A DNA stretch of 64,000 bases from Actinomycetota bacterium (GTDB lineage: Bacteria > Actinomycetota > Acidimicrobiia > Acidimicrobiales > SZUA-35): assembly GCA_039201605.1 (NCBI GenBank), contig JBCCRO010000030.1, positions 1,686 through 65,685 on the forward strand. The letters are read 5' to 3'. The notes under the pieces were generated by a model that saw only the letters and a list, made by a program, of their open reading frames with translations, had not been told where the DNA came from and searched no databases. Positions 40,753-49,309 of this stretch are shown here, in pieces. The translations under genes and the position numbers were made by a program. Numbering within the stretch: the first letter of the stretch is position 1; the number at the start of each line of letters is the position of its first letter.

Positions 40753-41463
40753 GTGGGTCCGTTCTCGTCGATCGCCGTCACCGTGGATCTGGTGGTGTTC
40801 ACCATCCGGACCGAACGCCTGCACGTGCTGACGGTGACGAGGGGGGTCGAGCCTTTCGAGGGTCGCTTGGCGCTGCCCGGTGGTTTCGTCCTGCCCGAGG
40901 AAGACCTCGACCAGGCGGCCGGGCGGGAGCTGGCCGAGGAGACCGGCCTCGGCCGGGGCGACGGCCTCCATCTGGAGCAGCTCGCCACCTATGGCACCCC
41001 GGGCCGGGATCCCCGCCAACGGGTGGTGACCGTGGCCTATCTGGCCCTGGCCGCCGCCCTCGGCGACCCGACGGCGGGCACCGATGCGGCGGAGGCCCAG
41101 TGGCTGCCGGTCGAAGACGTCCTGGTGGGCGGCCTCGCCTTCGACCACGATCGCATCCTCGACGACGGCCTGGATCGGGCCCGGGCCAAGCTGGAGTACA
41201 CCACGCTCGCCACCACGTTCTGCCCGCCGACGTTCACCGTGGCCGACCTCCGTCAGGTCTACGAGGCGGTGTGGGGGGTGTCGATCGACCCCCGCAACTT
41301 CCACCGCAAGGTCGTGGCCAGCGAGGGGTTCGTCGAGGAGACCGGGGAGCGGACGGCCGAGGGGCGAGGGCGACCAGCGATGTTGTTCCGGGCCGGGCCG
41401 GCCACGGCACTGCATCCGCCGATCGTCCGCCAGGGCTCGGTTGCTCGGGAGCTCGGCGGGTAG
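40753..41463 (+). CDS. Nudix hydrolase domain + C-terminal winged-helix: NrtR-like (Nudix-related) transcriptional regulator
   Basis: Intact Nudix box GGFVLPEEDLDQAAGRELAEETGL (GX5EX7REUXEEXGU). The C-terminal FTVADLRQVYEAVWGVSIDPRNFHRKV is typical of the NrtR wHTH domain. GTG start. Confidence 0.8.
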   Translation: MGPFSSIAVTVDLVVFTIRTERLHVLTVTRGVEPFEGRLALPGGFVLPEEDLDQAAGRELAEETGLGRGDGLHLEQLATYGTPGRDPRQRVVTVAYLALAAALGDPTAGTDAAEAQWLPVEDVLVGGLAFDHDRILDDGLDRARAKLEYTTLATTFCPPTFTVADLRQVYEAVWGVSIDPRNFHRKVVASEGFVEETGERTAEGRGRPAMLFRAGPATALHPPIVRQGSVARELGG

Positions 41464-41478
41464 TCGACGGCCCGGCGT

Positions 41479-42351
41479 CTACAACCCGGCCGGGAGATGA
41501 TCGAGGACCCGGGCCCAACCACCCTCCGCCGGCGCCGGGATCACCTCATCGGCCAAGGCCAACGCCTCCTCGTGACCGCCGGCAACACCGAGGGCGACAT
41601 CGGCCGCCGCCAGCATCTCCAGATCGTTGTTGCCGTCGCCGATCACGATCACCCGCTCGGGTCGGAGATCCCGAGTCTGCAGGTAGGCCTCGATGCCGGT
41701 CTGTTTGGAGATCCCGGCCGGCTGGACGTGGATCGACCAGTGCTGGTCGGGGGTGGCGGCGTCGTAGAGTACGTCGCGGTAGACGGTGACCTCGGCCCAG
41801 CCGTCGGGCATCGCATCGGCCAGCGGCTCGACCTGTCGCCGGTCGACCCCGATCATGGCCAGCGACAGAATCGGTCGATCGGCCACCACCGCCTCAGGGT
41901 CCGCCACTTCGAAGTGCTCCCCCATGGAGGCGCGGTGTCGGGGGCTGGTCGTCACGTTCGGGCGGCCGGCGGTATCGCCGTCTCCGAGATACAGCACCGG
42001 ATTGACCCCGTGGGACTCGAACAGGGCCAGCAGCTCACGAGCCCTGTTCGCCCCGAACTCGGCCACATGGAACCGGTCGCCGGAGGCGAAGTCGACCCCG
42101 AGGGCGCCGTTCAGGAGGACCGAGGGCAGGACGAGTCCGTTGCCCCGCAGCCCCTGCTCGGCCGACAGGGCTTGACGGCCGGTGGCGACCAGCAGCTCCA
42201 CCCCTCGGGCCTCCAGCTCCGCCACCGCAGCCAGGGTCTCGGGATGGCATCGCAGGTCGCCGTCCCACAGCGAACCGTCGAGATCGGTGACGACCAGCGG
42301 ACCCGTGGTCGAATGGTCGAGCTGTGCCGTGCTGGCCGGAATGCTGCTCAT
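41479..42351 (-). CDS. HAD-superfamily Cof-type hydrolase
   Basis: Track ORF 41479-42849 trimmed to ATG 42349-42351. Motif I VVTDLDGSLW, motif III/IV IGDGNNDLEML. Confidence 0.85.
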   Translation of the reverse strand: MSSIPASTAQLDHSTTGPLVVTDLDGSLWDGDLRCHPETLAAVAELEARGVELLVATGRQALSAEQGLRGNGLVLPSVLLNGALGVDFASGDRFHVAEFGANRARELLALFESHGVNPVLYLGDGDTAGRPNVTTSPRHRASMGEHFEVADPEAVVADRPILSLAMIGVDRRQVEPLADAMPDGWAEVTVYRDVLYDAATPDQHWSIHVQPAGISKQTGIEAYLQTRDLRPERVIVIGDGNNDLEMLAAADVALGVAGGHEEALALADEVIPAPAEGGWARVLDHLPAGL

Positions 42352-42421
42352 CGCCGGCTCGATGGTAGTCAACGTGCGGGATGCGGCCATCGGGTTTGGC
42401 CCGGTGACGACCGATGGTGGA

Positions 42422-43747
42422 ATGGGGGGCATGATCACCCCGGCTCGATCGTCTGTCGTCCGACCGATGCTGTTGGCGTTGGGTCTGGTGGCCCTGGCCC
42501 TGGTGACGCCGGCCTGCGGTGGCGGGTCCGACGATGATCGGTCGACGGCACCGGCCGAGATCGACGGTGCTACGGCGACCGCAGCCGACGGCGACACCGG
42601 GGCCGATACCGCTGAGCGTGACCCGGCTTCCGGCGGTGGGGAACCCCCATCGGCGTCCGCTGCGCTCGGGGAGGTGATCGGCTCCGGTGGGGACCCGATC
42701 GGGGTCGACCTGAACCCGAGCGGCAACCGGGTGGTCGAGGGGGCGGCCGCCTTCGACGAGGCCGAGCCGATCGACGTCGCCCTCGACGGGACGCCGTTGT
42801 GGGTGGTGCCGATCGACGGGGAGTGGGTGGTCGTTCTCGACGACGGCACGGCTCACCTGGTGACGGTGGACGCCGCCGGCGCTTCGACGGTGACCGGCAT
42901 CGGGAGCGGACCGGTCGATCAGCCGCCGCTGGTCGTGGCCGGCCCCGATGGGCCCGTGGTGGCTTCGGTTCTCGAGCACCCGCTGCTCGCCCGCTTCGAC
43001 GACCCGCTCCCCGACACCCGGGTCGTCACCGCCGACGGGGTGGCGGCGGCCCTCGTCGGACCGACCGATCGCTATCCCCACGGCGTACTCGGCGACCGTC
43101 TGGAGGCCGAGGCCGTCCAGATCGTCTTCCTCGACGAGGACCGCTCGATCACGGTGGGACCGGACGAGCCGTCGGTCATCGAGGGGATCTCGCCCATCCT
43201 GGCCGACCTCGACGGCGACGGCCGACCCGAGGTGATCGTGACCCTGAGCAACGGTGAGGTCGGGGCCTGGCTCGCCGCCTGGAACCTCGACGGTGAGCTG
43301 GTGGGCGAGTCGATCGCCATCGGTCTCGGCAACCGGTGGCGCAACCAGCTGGCGGCGGCGCCGACCGCTCCCGACGGGTCCATCGAGCTGATCGACGTCC
43401 GCACACCGCACCTCGGCGGCACCGTCGAGTACTTCCAGCTGACCGACGGCGAGCTGGTGCTGACGGCCGGCCGGGCAGGGTTCACCAGCCACCGCCTCGG
43501 TAGCCGCAACCTGGACGAGGGCATCGTGGTCGACGGCGACGGCGATGGTCGGCTCGACGTGCTGGTCCCCACCGACGACCGCCTGCAGCTCGGCCTCATC
43601 ACCAGGACGGGTGAGGACGCCGAGGTCGTCGCCCTGCGGGACCTCGACGCCAGGCTGACCACCAACGTGGCCGCTGCCGCCGACGAGACCGGTGCCGTCA
43701 CGATCGCCGCCGGCTTCGAGGGCGTGCTCCGCCTCTGGCGCCCCTGA
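42422..43747 (+). CDS. exported FG-GAP/VCBS-repeat lipoprotein
   Basis: Trimmed to ATG 42422 (or 42431). MLLALGLVALALVTPACGG is a signal peptide plus lipobox. ILADLDGDGRPEVIV and VVDGDGDGRLDVLV are FG-GAP Ca-binding-type loops. Confidence 0.75.
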   Translation: MGGMITPARSSVVRPMLLALGLVALALVTPACGGGSDDDRSTAPAEIDGATATAADGDTGADTAERDPASGGGEPPSASAALGEVIGSGGDPIGVDLNPSGNRVVEGAAAFDEAEPIDVALDGTPLWVVPIDGEWVVVLDDGTAHLVTVDAAGASTVTGIGSGPVDQPPLVVAGPDGPVVASVLEHPLLARFDDPLPDTRVVTADGVAAALVGPTDRYPHGVLGDRLEAEAVQIVFLDEDRSITVGPDEPSVIEGISPILADLDGDGRPEVIVTLSNGEVGAWLAAWNLDGELVGESIAIGLGNRWRNQLAAAPTAPDGSIELIDVRTPHLGGTVEYFQLTDGELVLTAGRAGFTSHRLGSRNLDEGIVVDGDGDGRLDVLVPTDDRLQLGLITRTGEDAEVVALRDLDARLTTNVAAAADETGAVTIAAGFEGVLRLWRP

Positions 43748-43897
43748 CCGAGGGCCGTGGCCCTGCGGGCGCCGGGCCGCCGCCCGGCGGATCGATCGAA
43801 TTCGCTCGACCGGTCGGGCCGCGCCCTCCAGCATGGCTCGCAGGCCCGGGGCGGATGCGCCGCCCTCATCGAGCGACGCGGAGAGGAGGGCCTGACC

Positions 43898-44200
43898 ATG
43901 GTCGACGTACGACACGACGGTGACCGGGAGCGCGTGCGCTCTTGGGCCACGGATCTGGAAGAGAACACGATGCAGCAGGCCCTACGGTCGGCCCGATGCG
44001 ACGCCGTGTCGGGTCCGATCGCGCTGATGCCCGACGCCCACTGGGGCATGGGGGCCACCGTCGGCTCGGTGATTCCCACCGAGTCGGCCATCATCCCGGC
44101 CGCGGTCGGTATCGACATCGGCTGCGGGGAGAACCAGGCCGACCTGGTCCGCATCGAGCGTCGTCTGGAGGCCATCGTCAACTACAAGGGCGTGTCGTAG
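43898..44200 (+). pseudogene. rtcB: internally deleted remnant of RNA ligase rtcB (100 codons, in frame)
   Basis: ATG 43898 follows GAGAGGAGGG. ...PIALMPDAHWGMGATVGSVIPTESAIIPAAVGIDIGCG matches the RtcB N-terminal metal-site motifs, but the ORF ends about 25 aa later with ...RLEAIVNYKGVS, which resembles the RtcB C-terminal ...VKG end. Full RtcB proteins are several-fold longer. Confidence 0.6.
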
Positions 44201-44371
44201 CGGCGCCGCTCACCGCATCATCCGCCGGTGGTGCGGTGAGCCGTGGCCCGTCGCGCTCGGCGACGCCGTGGGCCCACACCCGGGTGCGGCGCCGGCCATC
44301 TGCGTGGGTGATAGTCCATGGTGCAGCCATCTTGTCGGACCCCAGACGGGCCTCAGGCGGCCGTGGCGGCG

Positions 44372-45256
44372 CTAGGAGCCCTTCCCGAGCAGTGTCGGCA
44401 GGAGGGCCGCCGCCACCTCGGCCGGGCGCTCCTCGTGGGAGAACAGGCCGGCATCGTCGATCACCGTGATGGAGGCGTCGGGGAACGTGTCGACCATCTC
44501 CCGCGCCCGCTGTACCGGGAAGAACGGGTCCTTCGCGCCCCAGACCAGCTTCACCGGCTCGTCCATCCGCCGGTGGGCCTCCCCCAGCCTGCCGACCCAG
44601 CCGGTGTCGAACGTCTTCAGCAGGCCGGCCGCCGCCCGCCGGCGGGCCGGGATCGTGGCCAGGGGTTGAAGGAAGAACTCGTCGAACTCACCCTCGAGCA
44701 ACGACTTGTCGGCGAAGGCGTCGCCGAAAACGAACTTGTTACGCCGCAGGAGCGGTCTGCCGCTGATCCATCCGAGGATCGAACCCAGACCGGGGCTGTT
44801 GCGAACGGCGAGGAACGACTTGAACCGCCAGTTGAGGCCCTGGGGCTGCTCGGTGTTGATCAGGCCCCAGGACCGCACCCGGTCGTCACCGGCGAGGGCG
44901 TGACGGGCGATCATCCCGCCGCTGTCGTGGCCGACCACGGCGACGTCGTCGAGGCCGAGTTCGTCGACGACCCGGCGCACCGAGACGATGTGTTGGTCGA
45001 GCGAGATCACCGTGTCGTCGTCGAATCGACTGTCGCCGGCTCCGGGCAGGTCGATCACATGGCAACGCACGTGATCGGCCAGGTGGGGGAGGAGGCGGCG
45101 GAAGGTGGCGCCGCTCACCGGGAAGCCGTGGACGAAGAGCACGTCGGGCCCGGAGCCGACGGTTCGGTAGGCGGCTTCACCGGCGCCGACGTCGATGTGG
45201 CGGTCGGGAGCTCGGCGGAACAGGTCGGCGGCGTCGGCTGCGGTCAGAGTGGACAT
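44372..45256 (-). CDS. alpha/beta-fold hydrolase
   Basis: DVLFVHGFPVSGATF and VVGHDSGGMIA nucleophile elbow. 294 aa. Confidence 0.85.
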   Translation of the reverse strand: MSTLTAADAADLFRRAPDRHIDVGAGEAAYRTVGSGPDVLFVHGFPVSGATFRRLLPHLADHVRCHVIDLPGAGDSRFDDDTVISLDQHIVSVRRVVDELGLDDVAVVGHDSGGMIARHALAGDDRVRSWGLINTEQPQGLNWRFKSFLAVRNSPGLGSILGWISGRPLLRRNKFVFGDAFADKSLLEGEFDEFFLQPLATIPARRRAAAGLLKTFDTGWVGRLGEAHRRMDEPVKLVWGAKDPFFPVQRAREMVDTFPDASITVIDDAGLFSHEERPAEVAAALLPTLLGKGS

Positions 45257-45276
45257 GGGCGTGCAACTCCCGGGAT

Positions 45277-45314
45277 GTAGTGGTCACTGCGAATCTAGCT
45301 GTAGTGGTCACTAC
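45277..45314. promoter_or_regulatory. direct repeat of GTAGTGGTCACT (45277-45288, 45301-45312), each a near-palindrome; candidate operator pair upstream of the hydrolase gene
   Basis: 24-bp period. The second copy extends to GTAGTGGTCACTAC (14-bp dyad with central mismatch). It starts 21 bp upstream of start codon 45256(-). Confidence 0.35.
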
Positions 45315-45442
45315 AAACAAGACCCGGCGTCCGAAGCCGCCCGCCCCGCCGACGCCGCTCCGTCTCGGGGGCCGAATAAGAGGTCGCCCGGCTGCTCCGG
45401 GGAGGCTGTTCGTAACCCGTGTGACATAGGTGACATCTGGCT

Positions 45443-45471
45443 TTGACGAGCATCCGGCCAGTGTCTACCGT
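45443..45471 (+). promoter_or_regulatory. possible sigma-70-type promoter for the liv operon (TTGACG-17 nt-TACCGT)
   Basis: -35 at 45443-45448 and -10 at 45466-45471, 46 nt upstream of GTG 45518. Preceded by GTGACAT-AG-GTGACAT (45421-45436). Confidence 0.3.
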
Positions 45472-45517
45472 GTGTCGCCACATGGCCGAGGACCGGTCGA
45501 GGTAAGGGGAGAACCGA

Positions 45518-46285
45518 GTGTCATTGTTGGATGTCTCCGACATCACAGTCAGGTTCGGGGGCATCACAGCTCTCGACCGATTGTCGTTCACGATCGAAGA
45601 GGGCCAGATATGCGCTCTGATCGGACCGAACGGCGCCGGAAAGACGACGTTGTTCAACGTCGTCAGCCGGATCTACGACCCGACGGAGGGGTCGCTCACC
45701 TACGACGGGGACGTCGATCTACTTCAGCTGGCACCGCACCAGATCTCCCGCAAGGGCGTCTACCGCACGTTCCAGAACCTCGCCCTGTGGCGGGGGATGA
45801 CCGTGCTGCAGAACGTGATGGTCGGTGACCACACCAACACCTCGGCGAACTTCTTCGACTCGATGTTCCGCTTCACGGTGAAGAAGGAGGAGGAGGATCT
45901 CGAGGTCCGGGCCTGGGAGGCGCTGCAGGAGCTGGGGCTGGAGCAGTACGCATTCCACCCGGCCGCCGGCCTGCCCTTCGGCACCCTGAAGCGCATCGAG
46001 CTGGCCCGAGCCCTGATCGGGCGGCCGAAGCTGCTCATGCTCGACGAGCCCGCCAGCGGCCTGACCCACTCCGAGGTCGACGAGCTGGGAGCGACGATCC
46101 GCGAGCTGAGGGATCGGCACAACCTGACCATCCTGCTGGTGGAGCACCACATGCGGATGGTGATGGGCCTGTCCGAGAAGGTCGTCGTGCTGAACTTCGG
46201 GGCCAAGATCGCCGAGGGCGAACCGGCCGAGATCAGCGAGGATCCGAGCGTGATCGAGGCCTACCTGGGGAGTTCCGCAGCATGA
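45518..46285 (+). CDS. livG: branched-chain amino acid ABC transporter ATP-binding protein
   Basis: GPNGAGKTT Walker A, LSGGEQ-type signature (LPFGTLKRIELARAL), LLMLDEPASGL. GTG start after AAGGGGAGAA. Confidence 0.9.
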   Translation: MSLLDVSDITVRFGGITALDRLSFTIEEGQICALIGPNGAGKTTLFNVVSRIYDPTEGSLTYDGDVDLLQLAPHQISRKGVYRTFQNLALWRGMTVLQNVMVGDHTNTSANFFDSMFRFTVKKEEEDLEVRAWEALQELGLEQYAFHPAAGLPFGTLKRIELARALIGRPKLLMLDEPASGLTHSEVDELGATIRELRDRHNLTILLVEHHMRMVMGLSEKVVVLNFGAKIAEGEPAEISEDPSVIEAYLGSSAA

Positions 46286-46992
46286 GCACCGTTCTTGACG
46301 TCAAAGGGCTCACCGGGGGCTACGGGCCCATCCAGGTGCTGCGCGGCCTCGATTTCAATGTCGACGATGGCGAGGTGGTCGTCATCCTGGGGGCCAACGG
46401 CGCCGGCAAGACCACGACGCTGCGAGCCCTGTCGGGCATGATCCAGCGGTCCGGTGAGGCCACGTTCGACGGCAACGACCTGATCTCGATGAAGCCGGCC
46501 GACATCGTCCGGCTCGGCATCGCCCACGTCCCGCAGGGCCGAGGCACCTTCCCCGAGCTGTCGGTGGAGGACAATCTCCAGGTCGGCGCCTACGTCCGCA
46601 AGGACGCCGAGATCGAGAAGGACATGGCCCAGTGGTACGAGGTGTACCCGGTGCTCTACAACCGACGCGAGCAGCTCGCCGGCTCACTGTCGGGTGGCGA
46701 GCAGCAGATGCTGGCCGTGTCCCGGGCCCTGATGTCCCGACCAAAGCTGCTGCTCCTCGACGAGCCGTCGCTCGGTCTGGCCCCCATCATCGTGGCCGAT
46801 CTTTTCGAGCGGCTGTCCACCATCAACGCCGAGACGGGCATGACCATGCTGGTCGTCGAGCAGAACGCCCAGCTGGCGTTGGGCATCGGCAACCGGGGCT
46901 ACGTGCTCGAATCGGGCTCGATAGCCATCTCAGGACCGGCAGACGAGCTCATCAATGACGATGCCATTCGCAAGGCGTACCTGGGCGTCTAG
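46282..46992 (+). CDS. livF: branched-chain amino acid ABC transporter ATP-binding protein
   Basis: GANGAGKTT, LSGGEQQMLAVSRAL, LLLLDEPSLGLAP. 4-nt overlap with livG. Confidence 0.9.
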   Translation: MSTVLDVKGLTGGYGPIQVLRGLDFNVDDGEVVVILGANGAGKTTTLRALSGMIQRSGEATFDGNDLISMKPADIVRLGIAHVPQGRGTFPELSVEDNLQVGAYVRKDAEIEKDMAQWYEVYPVLYNRREQLAGSLSGGEQQMLAVSRALMSRPKLLLLDEPSLGLAPIIVADLFERLSTINAETGMTMLVVEQNAQLALGIGNRGYVLESGSIAISGPADELINDDAIRKAYLGV

Positions 46993-47007
46993 GAGGAACA
47001 CGAACAC

Positions 47008-47910
47008 ATGGAACTCTTGCTCGCTCGGCTCTTCGACGCCGTCACCAACGGGGCCGTCTACGCCCTGATCGCCCTTGCGCTGGTCCTCATCTTCAAAGCC
47101 ACCACCCTGATCAACTTCGCTCAGGGTGAGCTCGCCATGCTCGGGGCGTTCATCGTCCTGGTCATCGGCGTCGAACAGTTCGGCGGCGGTCGCCTGGCGC
47201 TGTGGGTGGCGTTGTTCCTGGGCATGATCATCACGGCCGTCCTGGCCGCCGGCATCGAACGGGTGCTGATCCGACCATTCGACCCGGCCGACCATCTACC
47301 ACTGGTGATCATCACACTCGGCCTGTTCCTGGGCATCAACGCGCTGGCCGGCATCGTCTGGCGCTTCGATCCCCGGGCCTTCCCGGCGATGTTCCCCGAG
47401 GGCAACGCCATCACCTTCGGCAACGCAACCCTGTCGTGGTACACGCTGTTCACCTTGGCCACCGTGGTCATCGTGCTGGCGGGCCTGACGCTGCTGCTCA
47501 ACCGGACCAAGATCGGTCTGGCCTTCCGTGCCGTGTCGTCGAACCTGGAGTCCTCCGAGCTGGTGGGCATCCGGGTCGGCCCGACGCTCCAGTTCGGCTG
47601 GGCCCTGGCCGCCGCCGTCGGCACCCTCGCCGCCACCATCTTCGTGGCCGATCCGGTCCGTCAGCTGGAGCCGACGATCATGCTTCGCATCCTCATCTTC
47701 GCCGCCGCAGCTGCGGCGCTCGGCGGGCTCGACAGCCTGTGGGGCGCCCTGGCCGGCGGCATGGCCGTCGGCTTCGTGCAGTCGGTCGTCGTGCAGTATT
47801 CGCCGATCCCGAACGAGCTGAGTCTGGCCGCAGCGACGGTCGTACTGCTGATCGTTCTGACCGTGAAGCCATCGGGCTTCTTCGGCACAGCACAAGTCGA
47901 ACGGGTTTAG
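47008..47910 (+). CDS. livH: branched-chain amino acid ABC transporter permease
   Basis: 300 aa, polytopic. NGAVYALIALALVLIFKAT..INFAQGE is a typical LivH N-terminus. Confidence 0.9.
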   Translation: MELLLARLFDAVTNGAVYALIALALVLIFKATTLINFAQGELAMLGAFIVLVIGVEQFGGGRLALWVALFLGMIITAVLAAGIERVLIRPFDPADHLPLVIITLGLFLGINALAGIVWRFDPRAFPAMFPEGNAITFGNATLSWYTLFTLATVVIVLAGLTLLLNRTKIGLAFRAVSSNLESSELVGIRVGPTLQFGWALAAAVGTLAATIFVADPVRQLEPTIMLRILIFAAAAAALGGLDSLWGALAGGMAVGFVQSVVVQYSPIPNELSLAAATVVLLIVLTVKPSGFFGTAQVERV

Positions 47911-47925
47911 GGAGAGGGTTCGTTC

Positions 47926-49179
47926 ATGGCAGCAATCACCTTGCAAGAGGGCTCGACCCGACACCGCATCTGGACCTACGGAGGCTGGGCGGCCTTCGTG
48001 CTCTTCATCATCCTCGTGGCCTTCGCCTACGTCGACGTGGGCTCGATCGAGATCGGGGACAACTCCTACAGCCTGAGCGTGACCCGCCTGTCGAAGGCCA
48101 TCGCCTTCATGGTGGCGATCCTCGGCCTGCAGGTCGTCGTCGGCTACACCGGCCAGCTCGCCCTGGGGCAGAGCTTCTTCTTCGGCACCGGCGCCTATAT
48201 CACGGCCTGGTTGGTCCAGGACCACAACTGGCCGTTCCTGGCCACGCTGGTCGTCGTCGTCCCCTTCTGTTTCCTCCTCGGGATGCTGCTGGGCCTACCG
48301 GCGCTCCGGGTGAAGGGCTTGTACCTGGCCCTGGTGACCCTCGCCTTGGCGGCGGTGTTCCCGGCGATCGTGCAACTCGAGCAGCTGTCGGAGTACACCA
48401 ACGGCGCCGGCGGCAAGCTGATCGACAACGATCTTGAGGCGCCCTCATGGATTCCCTTCGAGCCGTTCGCCGAGTTCCTGCAGGCCCTGCCGGTCGTCGG
48501 TGGCTTCTTCGGTGAGGAGGGCCTGACCGGTCGGGAGATCGATCGCCTGTGGGTGTTCACCTTCATCACCCTCGTCGCCGCCGCGTGCTTCGCCCTGGTG
48601 AGCAACATGCTGCGGAGCCGTCCCGGTCGAGCAATTCGGGCCATCCGCGACAACGAGACCGGCGCTGCGGTGTCGGGCGTGAACCTGCCCCTGTACAAGA
48701 CGCTGTCGTTCGGTGTGGCCTCGGCCCTCGGTGGTGTGGGCGGCATGCTCTACGTCACCGAGCTGGGCATCGCCTCGCCGCTCGACTTCACCCAGATCCT
48801 GGCCATCAACTTCATCGTCGGCCTGGTCGTCGGCGGTGTCGGTACCCTGTCCGGTGCCGTGGTCGGCGGCTTCCTGATCGCCTTCATCCCGGAGTGGTCG
48901 TCGAGCACCGAGTCGGTGGGTGGCATCCCCGAGCGTTGGCTCCAGGGTCCGACCGGCTCGCTCTTCCTCGGCATCATGCTCATCATCTTGACCTTCGTAC
49001 TGCCCGGCGGAATCGCCCAGGCGTTCCGGCGGATCAAGGCCCGCTACATTCGGACGATTCCTCGCCCACCGACCCGCCCCGGAGCCGTTGCCAAGGAGCA
49101 ACCGGTCCCCGAGGAGGAGCCGGTTCAGGAGGAGGAAGAGGTGGCACCCGCCGGCGAAGAGCCGGTCCAGGCGGGATAG
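47926..49179 (+). CDS. livM: branched-chain amino acid ABC transporter permease with acidic C-terminal tail
   Basis: GYTGQLALGQSFFFGTGAY LivM signature. The C-terminal EEEPVQEEEE tail is unusual but in frame. Confidence 0.85.
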   Translation: MAAITLQEGSTRHRIWTYGGWAAFVLFIILVAFAYVDVGSIEIGDNSYSLSVTRLSKAIAFMVAILGLQVVVGYTGQLALGQSFFFGTGAYITAWLVQDHNWPFLATLVVVVPFCFLLGMLLGLPALRVKGLYLALVTLALAAVFPAIVQLEQLSEYTNGAGGKLIDNDLEAPSWIPFEPFAEFLQALPVVGGFFGEEGLTGREIDRLWVFTFITLVAAACFALVSNMLRSRPGRAIRAIRDNETGAAVSGVNLPLYKTLSFGVASALGGVGGMLYVTELGIASPLDFTQILAINFIVGLVVGGVGTLSGAVVGGFLIAFIPEWSSSTESVGGIPERWLQGPTGSLFLGIMLIILTFVLPGGIAQAFRRIKARYIRTIPRPPTRPGAVAKEQPVPEEEPVQEEEEVAPAGEEPVQAG

Positions 49180-49232
49180 CCAGACGGGCAAGGGGGACTA
49201 ATTCCACCTGCCCGGGATCAGAGCGGAATACC

Positions 49233-49269
49233 GTCGTGCACGGACGCCTCCTCGGCGTCAGCGCACGAC
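49233..49269 (+). other. long intercistronic stem-loop between livM and the binding-protein gene
   Basis: GTCGTGCACGGACGCC / TCCTC loop / GGCGTCAGCGCACGAC. 16 positions with 2 mismatches and no U-tract. Confidence 0.4.
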
Positions 49270-49309
49270 AAGCAAGAACCAATCATCAGAAATGGAGAGG
49301 AACCCCACT

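Noticed and set aside
41479-42849. N-terminal 166-aa extension of the HAD hydrolase ORF, and likewise the long 5' extensions of ORFs at 318-2720, 14706-15527, 23974-25002, 33022-34494, 51049-52785 and 57734-61696
   Set aside because: The extensions are low-complexity Ser/Pro/Arg-rich, overlap divergent genes or promoters, and internal starts with RBS-like sequences match the family N-termini.
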